64,000 nt of DNA from Panacagrimonas sp. (GCA_041635265.1 JBFJJV010000001.1:1318-65317); one strand, 5' to 3'. Positions 19,427-30,068 are shown, counted from the stretch's first letter. Translations and numbers: made by a program. The notes: generated by a model not told the origin, from the letters alone.

Positions 19427-21406
19427 ATGAACTCAATATCGCGGTCGATGGCACTTCGCCGCTGCCAGCACGGGGCCGTCACCGTGTACGTGGTCCTGGC
19501 CATCGGCGCCCTGCTCACCGGCGCTTTTGCCGCCTTTGAGGTGGGTCGAATCTATCTCGCCAACCGGCAGATCCAGAAATTAGCCTCACTGGCTGCCCTG
19601 GATGCGGTGCGCGAAGTGAGCGCCTGCGAACGAGCGTTTGGAACCACGCCAGAGGCCATTCGCACGCAACTCGAACAACGCGTTGATGAAAGCCTTTTGC
19701 GCAACGGTAGCGCGGAATTGGTCGGAAAATTGACCATCTTGATCGAAACTGGCGAGCTTGAAGCCGTGCCGGTGACTGTCAACGGCAATGCCATGACCCT
19801 GCGCAGGCTGGCTCCCAGCGCAGAATCGGACATCGCCAGCGCCGATGCCATTCGCGTCACACTCACAGCGCCCTTCCCGACCATGCTGACCCAGTTTTTG
19901 AGCAACGATGCCGGCAAACGCATGGAGGTGTCAGCAACGGCAGAACAGCCTTTGCTCGGAACTTTCTCTGTCGGCAGTGGGCTGGCGAGCTTGAATGAAG
20001 GCGCCCTCAATGCAGTCCTCGGCCCCCTGCTCGGCAGCCCCGATCCGCTCGACCTGAGTCTGGTTGACTTCAATGGATTAGCCGACGCAAACGTGACTGC
20101 CGAGGCACTGGCGCTGGCACTCGGCGTCACCGTTAAAGACCTGTCAGACCCGCTGGCACTGGAAGTGCAATCGCCGGTCTTGTCCAATGTGCTGGGCAAC
20201 CTGGCAGACAATCTATCCGGGACCGTCAGTGATGCAGCTGTGGATGCGATCCGCGACCTGGCTGATGCCGCAGCCAGCACGGAGACCTTCTCTATCGACC
20301 AATTGCTGGGGGGCCTGGGCGGAGTATCCCCAGACGCAACGGTAGGCAATGCGCTGGACATCATCACGACGCTGGCGCAAGCCGCCAATGCTGACCCTGA
20401 CGGCGCTACAACACCCATACCAATCAACATCGGCGCCTCTGTAGCCGGAATCACGGTCAATAACTTTATTCAGATCATCGAGCCCCCGCAGCGCGGACAG
20501 GGACGACCTGGATCTGACACCGCCGTTGCTCGCACTGCTCAGATTCGCCTGATGGTTCGCGTAGACGCGACCGACCTCCTGAGTGGCCTGCAGGGCGCGC
20601 TGCAAAGCGTCATTTCCACTGCACTCGGGCTGATCGGTTCTGTGACTGGCATGGTCTCGAACGTCGATGTTGCGGATGCGCTGAAAATCGGGATCGACGT
20701 AGAAGTGGCCCGCGCCTCGGCATTTCTCGACCGCATCGACTGCCCACAGCAAGGCGTCAACAGCGGCATGCCCATCGCCCAACTCAGCGCCGAAACCGGG
20801 GTTGCCAGTGTCATCATCAGTTCCTTCAGTGGAAACGCAGCCGACGCGCCGCCACTGGACCTCGGGGGCGAAATCCCGGTGGCCACGGTCAGTATCGATG
20901 CCACTAACTTGAAGTTACTGGGTTTGCCTCTGCCTTCTCTGGGTCAGACCACGCTGGACTCGGCGCTCGCGGCAAGTTCTCTTGGCGTCAGCCAGACCGG
21001 CCCCAATCCACTACCTCGGAACGTCACCCTGTTCGAACAGATGAGCGCAAGCGACGGCAAGAATTACTACGAAGCCCTCGGCATACCCGAGGAAACCGCC
21101 GTCACCGGCAACCCGCAGACTGTAGGATCAGCCAGCTCTGTGGAACTGGACCTCGATCTGGACATCGAAACCTCGGGCACTGGGCTGACCGGCGGCCTTG
21201 CCGACGTTGCCGCAGAATTGAGCAGCGTGATCAATACGACGGTTGAACCGCTGTTGAGCGCTGTCGGCAACCTGGCCGGAACCAGGATCGACCCGATTCT
21301 AGGTGCCTTGGGCATTCAAACTGGCACCGCAGAAGTGGTGATGCACACTATCGAAATTGACCGACCGCTGATTGCCACGACGCAGCGCCCGCAGATTTCG
21401 CCGTAA
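19427..21406 (+). CDS. tadG: TadG-like Flp-pilus-associated protein (TadE/G N-terminal domain)
   Basis: The N-terminus RRCQHGAVTVYVVLAIGALLTGAFAAFEVGRIYLANRQ matches the TadG-type pseudopilin-like anchor. GGAG lies 6 nt before the ATG. The remaining 600 aa are Ala/Leu/Gly/Ser/Asp-rich. Confidence 0.75.
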   Translation: MNSISRSMALRRCQHGAVTVYVVLAIGALLTGAFAAFEVGRIYLANRQIQKLASLAALDAVREVSACERAFGTTPEAIRTQLEQRVDESLLRNGSAELVGKLTILIETGELEAVPVTVNGNAMTLRRLAPSAESDIASADAIRVTLTAPFPTMLTQFLSNDAGKRMEVSATAEQPLLGTFSVGSGLASLNEGALNAVLGPLLGSPDPLDLSLVDFNGLADANVTAEALALALGVTVKDLSDPLALEVQSPVLSNVLGNLADNLSGTVSDAAVDAIRDLADAAASTETFSIDQLLGGLGGVSPDATVGNALDIITTLAQAANADPDGATTPIPINIGASVAGITVNNFIQIIEPPQRGQGRPGSDTAVARTAQIRLMVRVDATDLLSGLQGALQSVISTALGLIGSVTGMVSNVDVADALKIGIDVEVARASAFLDRIDCPQQGVNSGMPIAQLSAETGVASVIISSFSGNAADAPPLDLGGEIPVATVSIDATNLKLLGLPLPSLGQTTLDSALAASSLGVSQTGPNPLPRNVTLFEQMSASDGKNYYEALGIPEETAVTGNPQTVGSASSVELDLDLDIETSGTGLTGGLADVAAELSSVINTTVEPLLSAVGNLAGTRIDPILGALGIQTGTAEVVMHTIEIDRPLIATTQRPQISP

Positions 21407-21491
21407 ACGGGGCTGGACCAGGGGAACCAGACTTCTGGAGCGATCGGGCGGAGAAATTCTTCTGGCGGAGTTCCTGCCCGAAAAAGCCAGT

Positions 21492-21797
21492 TTATTCCCC
21501 GCTGTCCTCAACAAACGATCCCTTGCTCAACTCATCAGGAATAGGTTTCGTGAAACTTTCCGCGTAGCGTTCATAAGTTTTCTCAGCGATGTCCCCTGGC
21601 ATGGGACGAGGCTCCGGCGAAGCGGCGCTTCCCCCTGTCTGCAGACCGATCCATTCGCGCGTTTCTGCGCCAAGTGGGTCCGCGGCAATGGATACGCTGC
21701 CCCAGCAGAGAAAAACAGCCGCAATAGCTGAAGAAAAACAAAGTGATTCTCGGGGTTTGCTGGTAATCATGTGACGCTCCGTTGACTTGCTCTGCAT
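21492..21797 (-). CDS. small secreted protein, DUF3613-like, last gene of the tad operon
   Basis: ATGA overlap with the tadD stop at 21795-21799. Signal-like segment LCFSSAIAAVFLCWGSVSIAA. The block ETREWIGLQTGGSAAS resembles DUF3613 (from memory). Confidence 0.65.
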   Translation of the reverse strand: MQSKSTERHMITSKPRESLCFSSAIAAVFLCWGSVSIAADPLGAETREWIGLQTGGSAASPEPRPMPGDIAEKTYERYAESFTKPIPDELSKGSFVEDSGE

Positions 21798-22510
21798 CAG
21801 CCGCGGCTTTTGCGCGTTGCCTGACGCGATATGGCCTGCGCCTGGCTGCGTAATTTTTGCAGCATTTGTTCCGACATTTCGCTTTCAGCTGCCAGACGGC
21901 GCACCGCTGGTTCATCTCCGGTAACCATCATCAGCAGGACCAGATTATTACGCGCCTTGGCACTGCCGTCGCCTGCGTCCAGCTCAACAGCCGTTGCCAG
22001 CTGCGTCAGGGCCTCGGAATAACGCTTAGACAACATCAGCGCGTAACCAAGATCATTGCGCATGTCGGCATTCGCCGGCCGTCGATCAACCGCCTGCTGC
22101 AGCTGCCAGGTCGAGGTCGCCAGATCGGTTCTGGCGCTGATCAAACCCAATCCATAATAGGCATCAGCCACATAAGCCGGCTCCTTGAGCAACGCGCGGT
22201 AAAGTTCCTGCGCTCGCTCGATCTGGTCCAAATTGCGCCTCGCCTCGGCCTCAAGAAGCGTTAGCTCCGGGGAGCTTCCACTATCCGCTACATGTGCCTC
22301 GAGATGCGCGATAGCTGCGTAGTACTGCTTGCTCGCGACCATGCCCCGTATCAGATCAGCATGAACACCGCGTCGGCTCTCTGCTGAATCTGAATCTGCG
22401 GCTAGGCCGGGGCTGACTTTCCTTTCAGCTTCAAAAACCGGCACATTGCCACAGGCGCTGAGTAGCGCGAGCAATGGAATCATGATCGGCAGCACCACAA
22501 GCTTGGGCAT
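21797..22510 (-). CDS. tadD: TPR lipoprotein TadD
   Basis: Lipobox LLALLSAC followed by TPR repeats. ATGA overlap with the tadC stop at 22508-22512. Confidence 0.85.
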   Translation of the reverse strand: MPKLVVLPIMIPLLALLSACGNVPVFEAERKVSPGLAADSDSAESRRGVHADLIRGMVASKQYYAAIAHLEAHVADSGSSPELTLLEAEARRNLDQIERAQELYRALLKEPAYVADAYYGLGLISARTDLATSTWQLQQAVDRRPANADMRNDLGYALMLSKRYSEALTQLATAVELDAGDGSAKARNNLVLLMMVTGDEPAVRRLAAESEMSEQMLQKLRSQAQAISRQATRKSRG

Positions 22511-23445
22511 CAGATGTCACCACTTAGCGCGCGCAGAATCGACAGGAAAGCGGGGCCGGCGACAAAGATCAGCAGCGCTGGAAAGAAGAAGCCGACCATG
22601 ACAATGGTCATACGGCCCGAAATCAGGTTGACCATTTCACGCATGTCCATCGTGCGCCGCTCTTCCAGTACTTCAAGTGTTTCCAGCAGCGGATCACGAA
22701 CCTCACCACCGTAACGATCAACCTGCCTGAGCAGCGCCAGCACATTGGTCAGATCGTCGTTATCAATACCTGCTGCAAGGTTTTTCAGCACTTCATTGGT
22801 ATCACCGCCAGCGTCGAGCTGACGCAGCACCAGCTCAAACTCACGGCCCAGTTCAGGCAGAACTCCTCGTCCGTCGCGCACCATGCTGCCAAATGCCTGG
22901 CGAGTCGAAAGTCCTGCTTCAAACAGAAGCACCAGCAAATGGATCAGCAAGGGCACTTCGCCCTTGATGCGGCGCACACGAGCTTCCGCCCGCTTGCGCA
23001 ATACCACGCGCGGGATCAGCAGGCCCAGCAGTACAGAAAGACCGATTCCGATCAGCAGTACCGCGGGCTGGTGCAGCTTGGGCGGCGCGATATTCCATAG
23101 GAAAAACATTCCAGCCAGGAAAACGAACGGAGCGAGCGCCGACATCATGTAAAAAGTGCGTCTCTCACGCTGTGTGCGCCAACCAGCCTGGATCAGCAGT
23201 TTCGAACTCTCGTTCCCAGCATCAATCAGGCCTTCAATCTTCTTGCCCTGATCTGCCAGCGTCTGTGCAAACACACTTGAGTTGGACCCGTCCAGCCCGG
23301 CGGCTTCGGCCGCGCGCGGGTCGAGCCGACGCTGCACCTTGACCGTCGTCACCGTCCTTGAATACAGGTAAATCAGGCAGGCAATCGCAACCAGAGCAGC
23401 GAGGATGGCGCCGGAAACCAGGGTGGCAAAGAGTGCGGGAGACAT
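22510..23445 (-). CDS. tadC: Flp pilus assembly membrane protein TadC
   Basis: GspF/T2SSF-like platform protein. Start set at Met 23445, which forms an ATGA overlap with the tadB stop. The 36-aa extension in the ORF track was rejected. Confidence 0.85.
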   Translation of the reverse strand: MSPALFATLVSGAILAALVAIACLIYLYSRTVTTVKVQRRLDPRAAEAAGLDGSNSSVFAQTLADQGKKIEGLIDAGNESSKLLIQAGWRTQRERRTFYMMSALAPFVFLAGMFFLWNIAPPKLHQPAVLLIGIGLSVLLGLLIPRVVLRKRAEARVRRIKGEVPLLIHLLVLLFEAGLSTRQAFGSMVRDGRGVLPELGREFELVLRQLDAGGDTNEVLKNLAAGIDNDDLTNVLALLRQVDRYGGEVRDPLLETLEVLEERRTMDMREMVNLISGRMTIVMVGFFFPALLIFVAGPAFLSILRALSGDI

Positions 23446-24365
23446 CAGACGTGGTCTTCTGTTGCGCCCATCATGCGGTAGATCACCACCACGCCCGTGA
23501 TCTGCAATCCCGCTGCGATCAGGAGCGCAATGCGGCCGCCAGAGGATGCCCACATCTGGTTGTAAAACTCTGGATTCTGCAAAAACAGAACCGAGGAGAT
23601 GGCAAGAGGAATCACTGACAACACCACGGCAGACAGGCGCGTCTCGGCCGTCAGCGCGCGCAGTTCCCGCGCGGCCGAATCGCGTGCACGAATGGCGGCC
23701 ATCAAGCTGCGAAACAGGCTGCGCAAAGAGCCACCATAGCGCCGATTGACCGACGCAGCCAGCGCCATGACCTTGATGTCACGAATACCGTGAATCTCAG
23801 CGAGGTCAAACAGGGCTTCGTCCAGCTGCGCGCCGTGGCGTACCTGGCGGCTAACAGATAGAAATAATTTCCGAATCGGATCCGGGCTGTCTTCGGCCGC
23901 CAGAGACAATGACTCCTCCAGAGTGCTGCCGGCCTGGAGCACACGCAATCCCGCCTCAAGAAAACTCGGCATCTGCGACACGATCAATGCACGGCGACGT
24001 GACGCCCGGCGACGTAATACGCCGTAGCCAAAGGCGAGCAAGGCCGCGATCAGAAACAAACCCTGCAGAAACCCGAACATCAGGAACGCAATGGGCACCA
24101 GTCCCAATACAATCCAAAGCACCTTGGTCACGGTCGGTGGATCTGCTTCCGATCCGGCACTCCACATGATGTGACAGGCCCAGCGCAGTGCCGGATTTTT
24201 CAGCTGTGATTCGCGAGACACATAGACGGTATCTATGGGGTCATCACCCGCGCGCAGGCGCAGGGCAATGGTCTCACCACGCTCCCTGGCGTTGGAGTAG
24301 ATCAGCAACCAGATGGCAATTCCTGCCATAAGCACTGCAAACCCGAAGATCACGAAGGCGGCCAT
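23445..24365 (-). CDS. tadB: Flp pilus assembly membrane protein TadB
   Basis: T2SSF-like. Start set at Met 24365 (MAAFVIFGFAVL...), 14 nt after the tadA stop. Confidence 0.85.
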   Translation of the reverse strand: MAAFVIFGFAVLMAGIAIWLLIYSNARERGETIALRLRAGDDPIDTVYVSRESQLKNPALRWACHIMWSAGSEADPPTVTKVLWIVLGLVPIAFLMFGFLQGLFLIAALLAFGYGVLRRRASRRRALIVSQMPSFLEAGLRVLQAGSTLEESLSLAAEDSPDPIRKLFLSVSRQVRHGAQLDEALFDLAEIHGIRDIKVMALAASVNRRYGGSLRSLFRSLMAAIRARDSAARELRALTAETRLSAVVLSVIPLAISSVLFLQNPEFYNQMWASSGGRIALLIAAGLQITGVVVIYRMMGATEDHV

Positions 24366-24378
24366 GTCGAGATCGTCC

Positions 24379-25593
24379 CTAGGCGCCGCGCAAGTCCAGC
24401 AGCTGACCCTTCTCAAGGTCGTAGCGGAACACATCCTTCATGATCAGGCCATTCTCGTCGTGTCCATTGACCTCGACCACCGACATCAGACGGCGCTCAC
24501 CACTGGCAAGACGCGAGACCTGCACAAACATGCGGATAGCGGCAGCAACCTGGCCACGGAATGTAACGTCGCTGCCGGAGAATCCGGCAAAGCCGGCGAG
24601 CAGTTCCAGCCGGTGAATCGCATCACGCGGATTATTGGCGTGCAGTGTCGTCATGGAGCCGTCATGTCCGGTATTCATGGCTTGCAGCATGTCCATCACT
24701 TCATCACCGCGCACCTCACCGACCACAATTCGGTCCGGTCGCATACGCAGTGCATTGCGCACCAGATCACGCGCAGTCACCGCACGCTCCCCTTCCAGGT
24801 TTGGCGGGCGTGTTTCAAGACGCACCACGTGATGGTGAGCCAGGCGTAACTCGGCAGCGTCTTCGACGGTAATGATCCGCTCGCCCGCCGGAATCCATTG
24901 CGACAGCAAATTCAGAAACGTGGTTTTGCCCGATCCCGTGCCCCCGGTCACGATCAGGCTAGTACGCTCTTCGACGCGTTTCTTGAGGTAGTCGAGCACT
25001 GCGGGTGTGACACTGCCACTCCGGATCAGGTCATCTGCACTCAGTGCGTATTTTTTGAATTTTCGGATTGACAGGCACGGTCCGTCGAGCGCGATCGGCG
25101 GGATGATGGCGTTCACGCGAGATCCGTCCTGCAGCCTGGCATCGACCATCGGGGTCGATTCATCGACACGACGACCGATCGGAGACAGGATGCGCTGAAT
25201 GACGCGAATCACATGCGCGTCATTTACAAACCGCACCGGCGCTGTTGAGAGCAAACCATCACGCTCAACGAACACCCGATTTGGACCATTGACCACGATG
25301 TCGTTGACCGTGTCATCTTCGATCAGGGACTGAATCGGACCAAAGCCCATGAGTTCATCGCGCGCATCTTGCGCCAGCGTTTCGCTCTCTCTGGAATTGA
25401 CCGGCAAGCGCTGTTTGGTTACGTATGCCCTGACCTGTTCGGACACAAAGCGCTCAATCTGCGGCCCGTCCCAGCGCTCAATCTCAAGATTGCGTTCCTC
25501 GATCTGAAGGATCAGATTTCGGTGAATGGCGCTCTTGAGCTCCTGATACTTATCAGAAAGCCGGAAACGGGTTATGGGGTCAGGGCTGTTCAT
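24379..25593 (-). CDS. tadA: Tad secretion ATPase TadA/CpaF
   Basis: 404 aa with Walker [10 protein letters not shown] and Asp/His boxes typical of the VirB11/CpaF family ([23 protein letters not shown]). Confidence 0.93.
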   Translation of the reverse strand: MNSPDPITRFRLSDKYQELKSAIHRNLILQIEERNLEIERWDGPQIERFVSEQVRAYVTKQRLPVNSRESETLAQDARDELMGFGPIQSLIEDDTVNDIVVNGPNRVFVERDGLLSTAPVRFVNDAHVIRVIQRILSPIGRRVDESTPMVDARLQDGSRVNAIIPPIALDGPCLSIRKFKKYALSADDLIRSGSVTPAVLDYLKKRVEERTSLIVTGGTGSGKTTFLNLLSQWIPAGERIITVEDAAELRLAHHHVVRLETRPPNLEGERAVTARDLVRNALRMRPDRIVVGEVRGDEVMDMLQAMNTGHDGSMTTLHANNPRDAIHRLELLAGFAGFSGSDVTFRGQVAAAIRMFVQVSRLASGERRLMSVVEVNGHDENGLIMKDVFRYDLEKGQLLDLRGA

Positions 25594-25613
25594 GACTGAA
25601 TGAGCTCACCCGC

Positions 25614-26816
25614 TCATTTCCTGAATAGCTTGCTGAATACACCGGGGGAAACCAGCGATGAACGTCGCAAACTGGCGCGGCCCAATAAGCGGCCGGCCAA
25701 GTCTCGAACATCGCCGCAGTAATTATCCTTCGGGGCGCATTCAAACATCGAAACACCCTGGTTCATAGACTGAATACGAGTGTCGCCGCTCGAGGCGGGC
25801 AGACTTGCCATGACCGGCAGTTCGAGTAATTCCGCCAGATTCTCGGGCTCCAAACCTACGCGCTTCCGGTAGTTGTCTACGATCAGCTCGACATTGTCCA
25901 GCGGGCACTGCTCCAGCCGAAGCGCGCGCACCAGATACTTGCTATGGCGCGACTTAAGAATGGATTGGTCGGTCAGCAACATCGTCTTGGAACAGGTTCT
26001 GATGAGGCCCTCCTGGACGCCCAGTGGCAGGTGTCCATCAAAGCTGATCACGATCGAGGCAAATAGTCCGCGCAGGACTCCCAGCAGTGCCACCAGCTCG
26101 TCGCCGTCGATATGAGGCCTGCCCTGCATGTCTTCTGGCAGACTCAGTAAATAAATCCCGCTCTTGTGCTTTGTAAAAGCGGTATCGACCAAGGTGCCAT
26201 CACAGCGGCTGCCGTCGTTGATCGCATCGAGCACACCATAGGTCTGGTTGATGTTGAGGAAAATATTCGCCGCACCTGCGGGTAGCGCCAGATCGAGCAG
26301 TAAAGTGCGGGATTCGCTTCCTGTCTGTTCGCCGCAGGCCAGCGCCAGATGCGCGGCCAGAAAGGCGATCCCCTCGTACGGCACGGCCGCCATGACACCA
26401 AATATGCTGCCCTGATTGGCTGGAGTCGATCCGGTTGATATTGCACCCGGTCGTTTCATCAAGCGGGCTAGCAGGGTTTCCAGATTGCTTTCATCCTGAT
26501 TGAGAATGAAAAAATCGCGGGCGCCGGCACGCATGGCTGACAGCATTAAACCCGAATCACCCTCGTGCGCCAGCCCCACAACGGCGATGTCCGGCTTCAT
26601 TTCCAGCAGGCGCGCGATCATCTCGACGCGGCTCGCAGCGGTCGCCGCTTCAACCGCGAAGAACACGATGTCGATCCGCCCGACGGAGGCGATGCGATCC
26701 ATCACCTCGTCAATGTGTTCGGCTTTGGCAGAAGTGACCTGGAGTGTCGAGGCAGATTCCTCGAGCCAGCTCTGAAACAGCGGGTCCTCCGCAAAGAGCA
26801 GGGCCTGAATTCTCAC
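25614..26816 (-). CDS. tadZ: TadZ/CpaE pilus localisation protein (atypical receiver domain plus MinD/ParA-like domain)
   Basis: 400 aa. The N-terminal receiver-like fold lacks an obvious phospho-acceptor Asp (IVFFAVEA). The C-terminal half is ParA-like with a deviant Walker region. Confidence 0.8.
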   Translation of the reverse strand: MRIQALLFAEDPLFQSWLEESASTLQVTSAKAEHIDEVMDRIASVGRIDIVFFAVEAATAASRVEMIARLLEMKPDIAVVGLAHEGDSGLMLSAMRAGARDFFILNQDESNLETLLARLMKRPGAISTGSTPANQGSIFGVMAAVPYEGIAFLAAHLALACGEQTGSESRTLLLDLALPAGAANIFLNINQTYGVLDAINDGSRCDGTLVDTAFTKHKSGIYLLSLPEDMQGRPHIDGDELVALLGVLRGLFASIVISFDGHLPLGVQEGLIRTCSKTMLLTDQSILKSRHSKYLVRALRLEQCPLDNVELIVDNYRKRVGLEPENLAELLELPVMASLPASSGDTRIQSMNQGVSMFECAPKDNYCGDVRDLAGRLLGRASLRRSSLVSPGVFSKLFRK

Positions 26817-26867
26817 GAGCGTTTTACTGTCGTCCGGTTTGTCTGAATGGAACGTCTCACACCAGCG

Positions 26868-28277
26868 TTATTGACTGAAACCGAAGAGGCTAGAGTCTTT
26901 ATCAAACTCACCAGTCTCTTCGAACATGATCTTTCCAAAGCCAGGACGATATTCGTCGTACTCGGAGCCCGGCAGCTTGGGCAGGGCCGCCTCGCGTGCC
27001 AAGGGCCGTACCAATCTTGGCGTTACCACCATGATCAATTCCTTCTCGACCCGTTGATTGCTTGCCGTCTTGAAAAAGGCCCCCAGAATGGGGATATCGC
27101 CCAGCCAAGGCACCTTGTCCACATTGGACGTCAGGTTGTTGCTGACCAGCCCTGAGATGACGAAACTTTCGCCGTCGCCCAGCTCAACACTGGTTTCAGT
27201 GCGCCGCACGGTCAGCGCAGGGACCGACACACCGCCGATCTGAATGCCCGCCGAAAAATCCAGATCACTGACTTCAGGAGCAACACGCAAAGCGATGCGA
27301 TCCTTGGACAGGACCGTCGGCGTCAGTGATAGGCGAACACCAAACTCTTTGAATTCGACCGTGATCGAGCCATTGTTGCCCCCGGACTGCGCCACGGGAA
27401 TCGGAAATTCTCCGCCAGCGAGAAACGTCGCCGTCTGGCCACTCATGGCAGTCAAGCTCGGCTCCGCCAGCACGCGCGCCAGCCCTTTGGATTCGAGCAC
27501 GCTCAGTACCCCCAGAAAGCCCCGCGTGGCGTCACCGAAAACCAGATTAAAGGCATTGTTAACGGGCAGAAAGCCAGACGTACTCTCGACCTGGAAACCG
27601 CTACCAGCGGGTCTGGAAATACCGCTCAACAGGCCGGGCGGCGAAACCCCTGCCGTCGTGTTGACGACGTTCTTCAGAAATTGAGCGCCATAGGTCTGAA
27701 GCGTGCTGCGGTTGACCTCGGCAATCTTGATGGAAGTCAGCACCTGTGTATCGCCTTCGACAATGCTTTGATCCAATAGCCGGTCCGTTGCCGGTTTTGC
27801 CGATGCCAGCGCGCGACGGTAAGCCAGCAGATTGGGCAGTTTGCCCTCCAAACTGGCACCGCGCTCTATCTGAGCGCCCGCCAACTCAGGATCCGCTCGC
27901 AGTGTTCTGGTCGGATCGACGACGCCGCCGACCTTGATTTTGTACTGCGCCGGCGCGCGCCCGGAACTCGGCCAGACCATCAAGCTGGTGACTCCCAGCG
28001 TCTTGCCGGTGACCAGCAATTCACGGGAGTTGATGACATTGACGTCCGCGATGGCGGGATCGCCTACGGCGATTCTTTTGACCGAAGTCTGTTCCCGGAT
28101 CAACTTGTGAGTGCCCTGCTCGACCAGGATCACCTCATCGGTGTCCGCCTTATTTTGCGCGGTGGAAACCCCTGCACCCAGCGTCATCAGAACCAGGGCC
28201 GTCGAGACACAAAATGTGGCCAAGCGCCGTTGCCGCCCAGGCGAAGCTGTTTGCGCCTTCATGATTTTAATGAACAT
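26868..28277 (-). CDS. rcpA: Tad secretin RcpA/CpaC
   Basis: 469 aa with a signal peptide, a BON-like N domain and the secretin C-domain VPWLGDIPILGAFFK. Confidence 0.92.
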   Translation of the reverse strand: MFIKIMKAQTASPGRQRRLATFCVSTALVLMTLGAGVSTAQNKADTDEVILVEQGTHKLIREQTSVKRIAVGDPAIADVNVINSRELLVTGKTLGVTSLMVWPSSGRAPAQYKIKVGGVVDPTRTLRADPELAGAQIERGASLEGKLPNLLAYRRALASAKPATDRLLDQSIVEGDTQVLTSIKIAEVNRSTLQTYGAQFLKNVVNTTAGVSPPGLLSGISRPAGSGFQVESTSGFLPVNNAFNLVFGDATRGFLGVLSVLESKGLARVLAEPSLTAMSGQTATFLAGGEFPIPVAQSGGNNGSITVEFKEFGVRLSLTPTVLSKDRIALRVAPEVSDLDFSAGIQIGGVSVPALTVRRTETSVELGDGESFVISGLVSNNLTSNVDKVPWLGDIPILGAFFKTASNQRVEKELIMVVTPRLVRPLAREAALPKLPGSEYDEYRPGFGKIMFEETGEFDKDSSLFGFSQ

Positions 28278-28326
28278 GATCGGTAGGAATTCTTCAGCAT
28301 CTTGTTGTTATACATCAGTGACCGCA

Positions 28327-29280
28327 TCACGGCCGTACCGTTTCCACTTGGGCACCGCGATAGACGATGACCTTGGGGCGCGGAACGATATTGTTCTTCT
28401 TTGCCGGAGGGGGCTCGATCCGAGCCAATTCCTTGGCCGTAATCGCCATATCCGGCACTTTCTTGTCTTCCTCGGCCTTCTTGGCCGCCTCACTTTTGGG
28501 TAGCTGCGGCAGGCCGATGAGTTCCGAGTCCTTGGCATCGAGTAATGCCAGGTCCTCGGTTACATCGCCGGGCAGACCATGCAGGGCCAGGCGCAAACTC
28601 CCCATGCTGGCGCCGAGCATCAGGCGGGTGACATCTTTTTCGGCCACGGCCAGCACGGCGGTGCGCTGCCGACGCCCCGAACCGCTCCGCCGGCCATTGT
28701 CATTATCAGAATCCTTGAGTCCTTCCGGACGGTCGACAATCATTTCCTGATAGGCCAGCACGCGCAAGTCCTTGAGCAGCACGCGCGCCTGAATAGCGTC
28801 CACCTCCTTGCCACCGCGTCCCAGATACATCAGCACATCAACCACATCGCCCGGCCGAACAAAGCCGCCGACGGCGATGATGTCGCTGACCTCTACCGAT
28901 ATCGCCTTGAAGCCAGGAGGGATGGATTTGGCGAGGACGTTACCTTCGCCGAAGTATCGGCGCGTGACGGGCGCACCCTGATCGATATCAACCAGGGGCT
29001 GTTTGCCAACGACATCCTCAAGACTGGTGTAGTAATTCTTTGGCGCAATAGAGACTTCCGTCAGCACCACATCGTCTTTGCTGATTGCCTTGTATGCGCT
29101 CAGCGGATTGACCGCGACTACGGCCAGAATGCCGGGTGCACGCTCCTCGATTTCAACCTGTTGCTGGACTTGCTGGGCGCTGGCTGCGTAGTTGTGACTA
29201 ATACGCCAGCCCAGAAACACTAGGATGACGGTCAACACCACAGCAACGAGAGCAATTATTTTGGCTGCGTTGCTGCTCAT
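28327..29280 (-). CDS. rcpC: Flp pilus assembly protein RcpC/CpaB
   Basis: 317 aa with an N-terminal TM anchor, a SAF-like domain and a Lys-rich linker near the C-terminus. Confidence 0.85.
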   Translation of the reverse strand: MSSNAAKIIALVAVVLTVILVFLGWRISHNYAASAQQVQQQVEIEERAPGILAVVAVNPLSAYKAISKDDVVLTEVSIAPKNYYTSLEDVVGKQPLVDIDQGAPVTRRYFGEGNVLAKSIPPGFKAISVEVSDIIAVGGFVRPGDVVDVLMYLGRGGKEVDAIQARVLLKDLRVLAYQEMIVDRPEGLKDSDNDNGRRSGSGRRQRTAVLAVAEKDVTRLMLGASMGSLRLALHGLPGDVTEDLALLDAKDSELIGLPQLPKSEAAKKAEEDKKVPDMAITAKELARIEPPPAKKNNIVPRPKVIVYRGAQVETVRP

Positions 29281-29398
29281 TTGGCGCTCCCTGATTGTTA
29301 AGACCGGTGACTAGGATATAGGCCCTTTACTGTATGTCGCCAGTGTTTCCGCACACAGTTTATTTTTAGATCAACAAATTACAGCACCAACGCCAATC

Positions 29399-29899
29399 TT
29401 ATAGTCGGGCAACCGCTTCTGCCGTGAGATTGGGCAATGGGGGGAAACTCTCCAGATACGGGAGGGTGAAGGTAGCAAACAAGTGGCTGCTGGCATCCTT
29501 GGTCATGCGCAGCCGGACCACAACCGCCGAGTCATTCGGCGCCACCGGGCAGGCGGTATCACCGCCGCCATCACTGCAGAACACGGGATTGTCCACCGTA
29601 ATCAGATTGCGGGTCGACGTCGGCAGCCACTGAGAATTACTGAGCACGGTGGCGTTGATCAGATTGATGATCTCGCTACGATAGGCGTCCTGATCAGCGC
29701 GCGGCTGGACCGCAACTGCGGCCTCTGCCGCCTGCTGGGCCGAAAAGTTGAGCGATTGATTGATCATGAACAGAAAGGAATAAATGATGATCACATAGGT
29801 AACGGCGAACAGGACCGGAAAGATCATGACGAACTCGATCGCCGAGGCACCTTGCTGCTGCCTCATGGCTCTAATCATTCTGGCCGGCTCGCTCTGCAT
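29399..29899 (-). CDS. tadE: TadE-like pseudopilin
   Basis: QQGASAIEFVMIFPVLFAVTYVII matches the TadE/TadF N-terminal signature (G/xxxxEF). Confidence 0.8.
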   Translation of the reverse strand: MQSEPARMIRAMRQQQGASAIEFVMIFPVLFAVTYVIIIYSFLFMINQSLNFSAQQAAEAAVAVQPRADQDAYRSEIINLINATVLSNSQWLPTSTRNLITVDNPVFCSDGGGDTACPVAPNDSAVVVRLRMTKDASSHLFATFTLPYLESFPPLPNLTAEAVARL

Positions 29900-30068
29900 T
29901 GTCGTGATTCGCCTTCTCTAATTCCTTCAGCTATCGATCCAGTAGTGGACGAGTGAATCTACCCTTGGGTCCCCGGACAGCGTTCGAGGTGACGACCAGA
30001 CCTGTACCTGATCGCCACCTCGGGCCCGTTCCGAAATCAGCCCATATTCATCGAGATGAATCGGTCGA

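Noticed and set aside
19177-19518. 114-codon N-terminal extension of the GGDEF-EAL ORF.
   Set aside because: It would overlap the tadG-like start (19427) and the AT-richer divergent promoter region. The sequence is not protein-like, and a GTG with a good GGAG lies at 19176, just before the first TM helix.
19552-20904. Long antisense ORFs (302, 189 and 121 aa) inside the tadG-like gene.
   Set aside because: These are low-complexity Ser/Ala/Arg translations of the complement of an Ala/Leu/Gly/Asp-rich gene. The + strand frame carries the TadE/G-type N-terminal anchor and a proper RBS.
29900-30068. Possible extra small gene (second flp or a prepilin peptidase) or attenuator hairpin between flp and tadE.
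   Set aside because: No frame has a start plus a Flp or peptidase motif. The only hairpin (attcatc/gatgaat near 30045-30060) has a 2-nt loop and no T-run, which is too weak to call.
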